This document shows positions 59,273 to 64,000 of a stretch of 64,000 bases of DNA, piece by piece. The translations under genes were made by a program, and so were the position numbers. The notes beneath the pieces were generated by a model that saw only the letters and a program-made list of their open reading frames with translations, searched no databases and had not been told where the DNA came from. Every line of letters starts with the position of its first letter. Positions within the stretch are counted from its first letter, which is position 1. The DNA comes from an uncultured Mollicutes bacterium (lineage in GTDB: Bacteria; Bacillota_I; Bacilli_A; RFN20; CAG-826): contig UQXJ01000001.1 in NCBI GenBank assembly GCA_900545015.1, positions 38,477 through 102,476 of the forward strand. Reading direction: 5' to 3'.

Positions 59273-60514
59273 TTATAGCTCGTCCTTTAATTCATCATAT
59301 TTATCTTGTTTTTTATATGTTTCTTCTCTTTTTACTGATGCCACTTGAAGTTTATTTTCATCTTCTAATGCGCCCCTATAAGAACTAGACATATAAATAG
59401 CACTTATACAGTTAATAAATTCAGATTCTCTACATGCAACGACAGGTAATACTATCTTTTCATATGGATTTGTAGGAAATACTTTAAGCATATAATCCTT
59501 TAATCCATTTAAATCAGCACCATTTCCCATCATTACAATTGGTATGGTTTTCTTAAATTCATCATTACCATTTAAAATATTCGATAATGATCCATTAAAA
59601 TATCCAATCCATGTCTTAAAGAAATTGTATATAACATTCATTAAATCATCTTTCGTGAATTTTCTTCCATCTTTTGACTCCACTATATAAGGATTATAAG
59701 CAGTTTTTCTTATGTCAATTCCATAAGTATTAACCAATTTTTCAGCCACTTCTTTATCTATATTAAGTTGATCAACTATCATTTCAATCATGTCATCAAT
59801 TCCTAAACTGAAAAAATTACTCGAATAGATTCGTCCTTGTCCAATTAAAGATAAGGATGTAGTTTTATAAGAAAAATCGACAAGAATATATGTTGGATAT
59901 TTAAAATTTGAATTTTTAAGTAAGATTTCAACTCCAACAGGAGCTATCACTTCTCTTTTGACCTTAAAATTCGCTCTATTACAAGCATTTTTCATATCTG
60001 AAACCATCTTTTTAGGCAACGTAAAAACATCAGCATCAATAGTTACTGTTTGTGATGATTCGTTTAAAGGTGGTTTTGTATAAGTTATATTGTTATCTGT
60101 AATAAATTTGTTTGGGATAATATCGATTAATTCATCATTTAAATTTGGTAGTTTCTCTTTTTTAACAAGAGCTAGGGCATTAGAAATATCAATTTTATCA
60201 ATCTTAGAAATGTTACTTACTGTATTAGTTGATTTTATGGAGTTATACACTTGCAAACCATAAGGAGGTAATACTAAAGTAATTTCATTTACATTAATTT
60301 TTAATTTATGATCATTTTCAACTGATTCTACAATATTTAATTTTGATAAATCATCACTAAGTGATCCGATATCAAAAATGTCCCCATCTTTAAAAGGGAC
60401 ACTAAGAGGTCTTTTGGTCTTATAAAGGATATCTACCTTATTTTCAAGTACATAACCTACTACTAATTTATAATATCTGTTAGATATTTCTAAAGCTGCA
60501 ATTTGTTTTACCAT
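59273..60514 (-). CDS. ftsA: Cell division protein FtsA (divergent actin-like)
   Basis: Actin/Hsp70 fold motifs, 413 aa, immediately upstream of ftsZ. Confidence 0.75.
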   Translation of the reverse strand: MVKQIAALEISNRYYKLVVGYVLENKVDILYKTKRPLSVPFKDGDIFDIGSLSDDLSKLNIVESVENDHKLKINVNEITLVLPPYGLQVYNSIKSTNTVSNISKIDKIDISNALALVKKEKLPNLNDELIDIIPNKFITDNNITYTKPPLNESSQTVTIDADVFTLPKKMVSDMKNACNRANFKVKREVIAPVGVEILLKNSNFKYPTYILVDFSYKTTSLSLIGQGRIYSSNFFSLGIDDMIEMIVDQLNIDKEVAEKLVNTYGIDIRKTAYNPYIVESKDGRKFTKDDLMNVIYNFFKTWIGYFNGSLSNILNGNDEFKKTIPIVMMGNGADLNGLKDYMLKVFPTNPYEKIVLPVVACRESEFINCISAIYMSSSYRGALEDENKLQVASVKREETYKKQDKYDELKDEL

Positions 60515-60586
60515 ATAAATAATTATAATCTAGAAAATATCTACTTACAATCGGAATTCTTACTTTTTTAGTAATTTCTCGGTATG

Positions 60587-60630
60587 TTTCTAGTAGATAA
60601 TTAGTAGATAATTAGTACATTTTTAGTATA
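60587..60630. repeat. Tandem 11-bp repeat array (inverted orientation TAGTAGATAATTAGTAGATAATTAGTACAT) abutting stop of small membrane gene, about 60 nt upstream of ftsA
   Basis: Reverse complement ATGTACTAATT ATCTACTAATT ATCTACTAGAA matches array at 7857 almost exactly. Confidence 0.7.
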
Positions 60631-60631
60631 T

Positions 60632-60853
60632 TTAAAAAGTTAAGTAAGCTTTTAATACTTCTTTTTCTTTATTATCCTCTTTATTTTCTTCCTTTTTTGA
60701 ATCTTGTGCTTCTTGATTTCTTATAGTTGCAGCAACTGAAACAGGAATAGCAACTAATACTGATGCACCAATAAAAATTGAAAAACAAATACCGATTTTC
60801 TTGAAATAATAGTAGACTGCTTTGTGATGATATTTAACTAATTTGTCTTCCAT
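60632..60853 (-). CDS. Small single-TM protein in FtsL position of the division cluster
   Basis: 73 aa, one TM helix followed by charged/coiled tail; located between rsmH and ftsA where ftsL sits in Bacillus. Confidence 0.4.
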   Translation of the reverse strand: MEDKLVKYHHKAVYYYFKKIGICFSIFIGASVLVAIPVSVAATIRNQEAQDSKKEENKEDNKEKEVLKAYLTF

Positions 60854-60871
60854 AATTTTCTCCCCTTTTAA

Positions 60872-61816
60872 TTATTTTATTCTTTCAAGGATTCTAAGTT
60901 TTGCACTTTTACTACGACGATTCTCTTCTATTTCACTCTCTGACGGTACAATAACCTTTCTATTGATTTCTTTAAAGTCAGGAGTTTTTATATCACTAGG
61001 TTTTATATAATCGTTTAATCTATTGCCTTCAATTACGCTATATTTTCTAAATGTTTTTTTAACAATTTTGTCTTCTAAACTTTGGAAAGTAATTACTGCA
61101 ATTCTACCACCTATTTTGAGCTTCTTTATAGCTCCCTCTAGTCCTTCCGTTAACGCATTCATTTCATCATTAACTTCAATTCTTAACGCCTGAAATATTT
61201 GTTTAGCAGGATGACCAATAGTAAGTAGTTCTTTTTTAGGCTTGCTAGATTTAATAATATCTACAAGTTCTAGTGTCGTTGTTATCTCTTTTTCTTGACG
61301 ACATTTGACGATATTTTTGGCAATGTTATAAGAATATTTATCTTCGCCATATTCCTTAAAAACTCGAAGTAACTCATCAAACGAATAATTATTAATGATA
61401 TATTTAGCTGTAAGTTTTGATTTTTGATTCATTCTCATGTCTAATTCGGCATCCTTGTTATATGAGAAGCCTCTATAATCTTCATCGAATTGTGGTGATG
61501 ATACTCCTAAATCGAATAGGAATCCGTCCACTTCTTCGATATGTAATGAATTTAAATCTTCATATACATTTCTAAAATTATCATTAACAATTTTAAATTG
61601 CTTTCCAGTTTGTTCGAGAACCTTTGTTGAATACTCAATTGCTTCTGAATCTTGATCAAAACCTATTAACAAGCCTTTTTCATCGAGCCTTTTTGCTATT
61701 TCGCTAGAATGGCCTGCTCTTCCGAGAGTCATGTCTACATAAATACCATCAGGTTTAATATTTAATCCTTCAAGAGTTTCATTGAGTAAAACTGGTATGT
61801 GATAATTACTCTTCAT
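60872..61816 (-). CDS. rsmH: 16S rRNA (cytosine1402-N4)-methyltransferase RsmH (MraW)
   Basis: N-terminal YIDMTLGRAGHS-like SAM motif, 314 aa, after mraZ. Confidence 0.9.
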   Translation of the reverse strand: MKSNYHIPVLLNETLEGLNIKPDGIYVDMTLGRAGHSSEIAKRLDEKGLLIGFDQDSEAIEYSTKVLEQTGKQFKIVNDNFRNVYEDLNSLHIEEVDGFLFDLGVSSPQFDEDYRGFSYNKDAELDMRMNQKSKLTAKYIINNYSFDELLRVFKEYGEDKYSYNIAKNIVKCRQEKEITTTLELVDIIKSSKPKKELLTIGHPAKQIFQALRIEVNDEMNALTEGLEGAIKKLKIGGRIAVITFQSLEDKIVKKTFRKYSVIEGNRLNDYIKPSDIKTPDFKEINRKVIVPSESEIEENRRSKSAKLRILERIK

Positions 61817-62240
61817 TGCCGCTTAAAATACTTTCTGCATCTAATTCGAAACTTTCATCATGTTCTTCTTTATAAGAATTCCACGAATCTAAATCCCAAA
61901 CTTCAATGTGATCAATTTGTCCAAGAAGAATTACTTTTGACCCAATGTTGTACTCCTTAAGAGTTTTGACTGGTATAAGCATCCTTCCTTGTTTGTCTAT
62001 CGTAAGTTCGACAACTGATGAAAGAAGTAATCTCATGTAACTACGATTAGTTTTCTTTTCGTATTTGAGATTTTGGATTTGTGATACGAATTTTTTAAAT
62101 GATTCTTCAGTATACAAAGAAACGCAGCCTTCAAAACCTTTAATTAAATAAAGTTTTTCGCCTGCTTCGACTCTAAATTTGCTTGGTACTACCAATCTTC
62201 CTTTTTCGTCAATGTTGTATTCGTAACTTCCGAAAAACAT
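61806..62240 (-). CDS. mraZ: Transcriptional regulator MraZ
   Basis: Two SpoVT/AbrB-like halves with DEKGRLVVPSKFR and DKQGRMLIPVK; start placed at ATG (MFFGSYEY) rather than ORF-track GTG 15 nt upstream. Confidence 0.85.
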   Translation of the reverse strand: MFFGSYEYNIDEKGRLVVPSKFRVEAGEKLYLIKGFEGCVSLYTEESFKKFVSQIQNLKYEKKTNRSYMRLLLSSVVELTIDKQGRMLIPVKTLKEYNIGSKVILLGQIDHIEVWDLDSWNSYKEEHDESFELDAESILSGNEE

Positions 62241-62270
62241 TCCACTTTCTCCCACTTTCTTCCACTTGCA
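62241..62270 (-). promoter_or_regulatory. MraZ-box: three direct repeats AAGTGGAAG AAAGTGGGAG AAAGTGGAATG with 10-nt period, ending at the mraZ start codon
   Basis: Seen directly (forward strand TCCACTTTCT CCCACTTTCT TCCACTTGCA); matches the AAAGTG[GT] direct-repeat MraZ operator described for Mollicutes and the TGGGN repeats of other bacteria. Confidence 0.6.
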
Positions 62271-62339
62271 TATATTTTAGGCAATATTTTTATATTAAGC
62301 AATGGTAAAAATGCAAAAAAGTCAACTTTTTTTGATATA

Positions 62340-62376
62340 AAAATAAAAAATAGGACTGCAATTTTATACAGTCCCA
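62340..62376 (-). terminator. Rho-independent terminator after yceD (GGGACTGTATAAAATTGCAGTCC + TATTTTTTATTTT)
   Basis: Seen directly. Confidence 0.6.
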
Positions 62377-62404
62377 TTCGTTATAATTTTTAAATTGAAT
62401 ATTT

Positions 62405-62890
62405 TTATAAATCTAAATCTTTTAAAACATCAAAAGGCGAAGTTTGGTCACCAGAATCTTCATTCAATTCATCTTCAGTTAATACCCTATAATTGTCTCC
62501 AGAAGGATATTTTTCTCCCTTTTTGTGCAATTTTATAGGCAAATTTGTGACTATCAGGCTATAGATATCCTCATTTAAATCAATATAATCCTTGTCTTCA
62601 AAAAAGATATCTTCACTTTCTAATGCCTTATTGTTTGTATAATATAAAGTTTCGTTTACATTCATTATATAGTCAAATAGATCTCCAGAAATTGAACTAT
62701 GAACCAATAGGTCAGCCTTAAAATTATATTTAACAATAATTACTTCATCAGCTCTTTCAGTTGTTACTGTACCAGTAACAGAATTAATTTCTTCAATTGC
62801 TGATGAATGATTGTACTTTTTTAACGTTGATGAATTTTCATCAATATTAATTATTGTCTTTGCATCAACCTTGCTAAAATCTAATCTCAC
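62405..62890 (-). CDS. yceD: YceD/DUF177 family protein (23S rRNA accumulation protein)
   Basis: C-terminal SPFDVLKDL matches DUF177 terminal NPFAALKDL motif; 161 aa. Confidence 0.6.
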   Translation of the reverse strand: MRLDFSKVDAKTIINIDENSSTLKKYNHSSAIEEINSVTGTVTTERADEVIIVKYNFKADLLVHSSISGDLFDYIMNVNETLYYTNNKALESEDIFFEDKDYIDLNEDIYSLIVTNLPIKLHKKGEKYPSGDNYRVLTEDELNEDSGDQTSPFDVLKDLDL

Positions 62891-64000
62891 TTTCTAATTT
62901 CTCCATTGAATTTTAAACTGATTATATCTCTAATCTTTTTGTCAACTGTATTGATTTCTTCATCTTTCAACGTTGCATCAAGTTTAGAAAGGAATACAGC
63001 AATAGCTATAGATTTATGATTTGGAAGAATATTAATTCCTTTATATATATCAAAAATCTTTATATCTTTAATAAGTGAACTTGCTTTTTTGATTTCTTTT
63101 ACTAAATCTTGGAATTTAATGTCATCTTTAATAACAAAAGCATAATCTCTTCTTACGCTTGGGAACCTTGAGAACTCATTAAACTTAACTTGTGCAGTTT
63201 TTGTATTAAATAATACAGAAAGATTAATTTCCATAACTACAACATGTTCATTTTTCAATGAGAATTCTTTTTTAATTAATGGATGAAGTTCACCAAGAAC
63301 AGCAAGCAACTTACCATCTAAAAGCACTTTTGCACTTCTTCCAGGGTGAAATTCTTCATTTTCTTCAAGTTTATCAATTCTTACTCTTGAAGGCATGATG
63401 TTAAACATTTTTAAAATATTTTCCAAAACGCCTTTAGCATCGAAGAAGTTAACATCTCTGCCGATAAGGCTATCTTGTTCGTAAATTTTACCAACAAATC
63501 CTAAAACAAGATGTGATTCAAGAACTTTCTTTGTTTGAACTGGAGAAATTTCAAAAACTTTAAAATCTTCGTTATCGTGATTTAAGTTATATTCGATATT
63601 TCTTAAACATGATGTTAAAAGATTCTTTCTAACGAATTTATGCTCTTCAGTGAGTGGATTTTTAATAACATATCCATTATCTTTATTAAAATAATTGAAT
63701 AAATTGTCATCTTTTTCATTAACTAATACATAAGAAAGAATTTCATCAAAACCATTATTAAGCAAATAATTTTCAATTACTCTTTCTTTCTTTTCATTTG
63801 GTTTTAATCCTCCAACCGTAGTTTCCATGTATGGAAGTTCATTTTTAACCGAATCAAAACCATTATATCTAATAACTTCTTCGCTTAAATCAGCTTTCCC
63901 ATCGACATCAATACGATATGAAGGTACTTCAACAAGCATTTTATCTTCATCAACCATATTAACTTTGAAATGTAATTTAGTTAAAGTATCAACAATAAGT
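62887..64000 (-). CDS. pheT: Phenylalanine--tRNA ligase beta subunit, C-terminal part (gene continues beyond window end)
   Basis: B3/4, B5 and FDX-ACB domain sequence; in-frame translation continues without stop to position 64000. Confidence 0.9.
   Translation of the reverse strand, partial: LIVDTLTKLHFKVNMVDEDKMLVEVPSYRIDVDGKADLSEEVIRYNGFDSVKNELPYMETTVGGLKPNEKKERVIENYLLNNGFDEILSYVLVNEKDDNLFNYFNKDNGYVIKNPLTEEHKFVRKNLLTSCLRNIEYNLNHDNEDFKVFEISPVQTKKVLESHLVLGFVGKIYEQDSLIGRDVNFFDAKGVLENILKMFNIMPSRVRIDKLEENEEFHPGRSAKVLLDGKLLAVLGELHPLIKKEFSLKNEHVVVMEINLSVLFNTKTAQVKFNEFSRFPSVRRDYAFVIKDDIKFQDLVKEIKKASSLIKDIKIFDIYKGINILPNHKSIAIAVFLSKLDATLKDEEINTVDKKIRDIISLKFNGEIRK

Noticed and set aside
62189-62377. 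ORF 62189-62377(-) upstream of mraZ
   Set aside because: Overlaps MraZ boxes, promoter and yceD terminator; no RBS; spurious
1-64000. CRISPR arrays, IS elements, integrases, phage or conjugation genes, restriction-modification or toxin-antitoxin pairs
   Set aside because: Looked for direct repeats with unique spacers, transposase/integrase motifs and small paired ORFs; found none. The only recombinase is chromosomal xerD in conserved synteny with deoB, and the only repeats are the 11-bp tandem arrays, which lack spacers

Overview
This is an AT-rich (about 28-30% GC), gene-dense 64 kb chromosomal segment. Nearly all of it is housekeeping genes in Bacillus-like synteny blocks, listed below in window order:
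- sigA(3' end)-trmK-nif3
- cshB-like helicase-nfo
- ispG, rpmG, efp
- gyrB-gyrA
- yqeG-yqeH-yhbY-yqeK
- xerD-deoB
- asp23-nusB-xseA-xseB and dinB
- tkt, and secDF-recJ-rel-hisS-aspS
- ruvAB, obg, rplU-prp-rpmA, valS
- engB-lon-tig
- uvrC, mutS2, rnhC
- rluD-lspA-ileS
- a minimal division cluster mraZ-rsmH-(small membrane protein)-ftsA-ftsZ
- yceD and pheT(3' part)

Long intact ORFs with Trp encoded by TGG imply the standard genetic code (UGA is a stop). The division cluster carries no peptidoglycan genes. Together this suggests an Acholeplasma-like or other wall-less Firmicutes relative; this is an inference.

I found no rRNA or tRNA genes, CRISPR arrays, transposons or prophage genes.

Observations beyond routine annotation:
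- **11-bp tandem repeat family.** Arrays with consensus ATCTACTAATT sit in at least six intergenic regions, typically abutting gene stop codons.
- **IspH-like pseudoenzyme candidate.** An IspH/LytB-like ORF in which all three Fe-S cysteine ligands appear to be replaced.
- **Degenerate endonuclease IV.** The Nfo ortholog (syntenic with cshB) has most metal-ligand His/Glu/Asp residues substituted.
- **Small membrane peptide.** It is strongly expressed (good RBS), carries a double-glycine-like leader motif, and lies between valS and rplU.
- **T-box leader on ileS.**
- **MraZ-box direct repeats** (AAAGTGG x3) immediately upstream of the mraZ start codon.
- **ABC importer operon** with no ATPase gene and an unknown 190-aa terminal gene.
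- **His/Cys-rich C-terminal tail on HisRS.**
- **Several perfect palindromes** in divergent promoter regions.

I could not run any homology searches. All calls rest on recognisable motifs, synteny and by-eye alignments.
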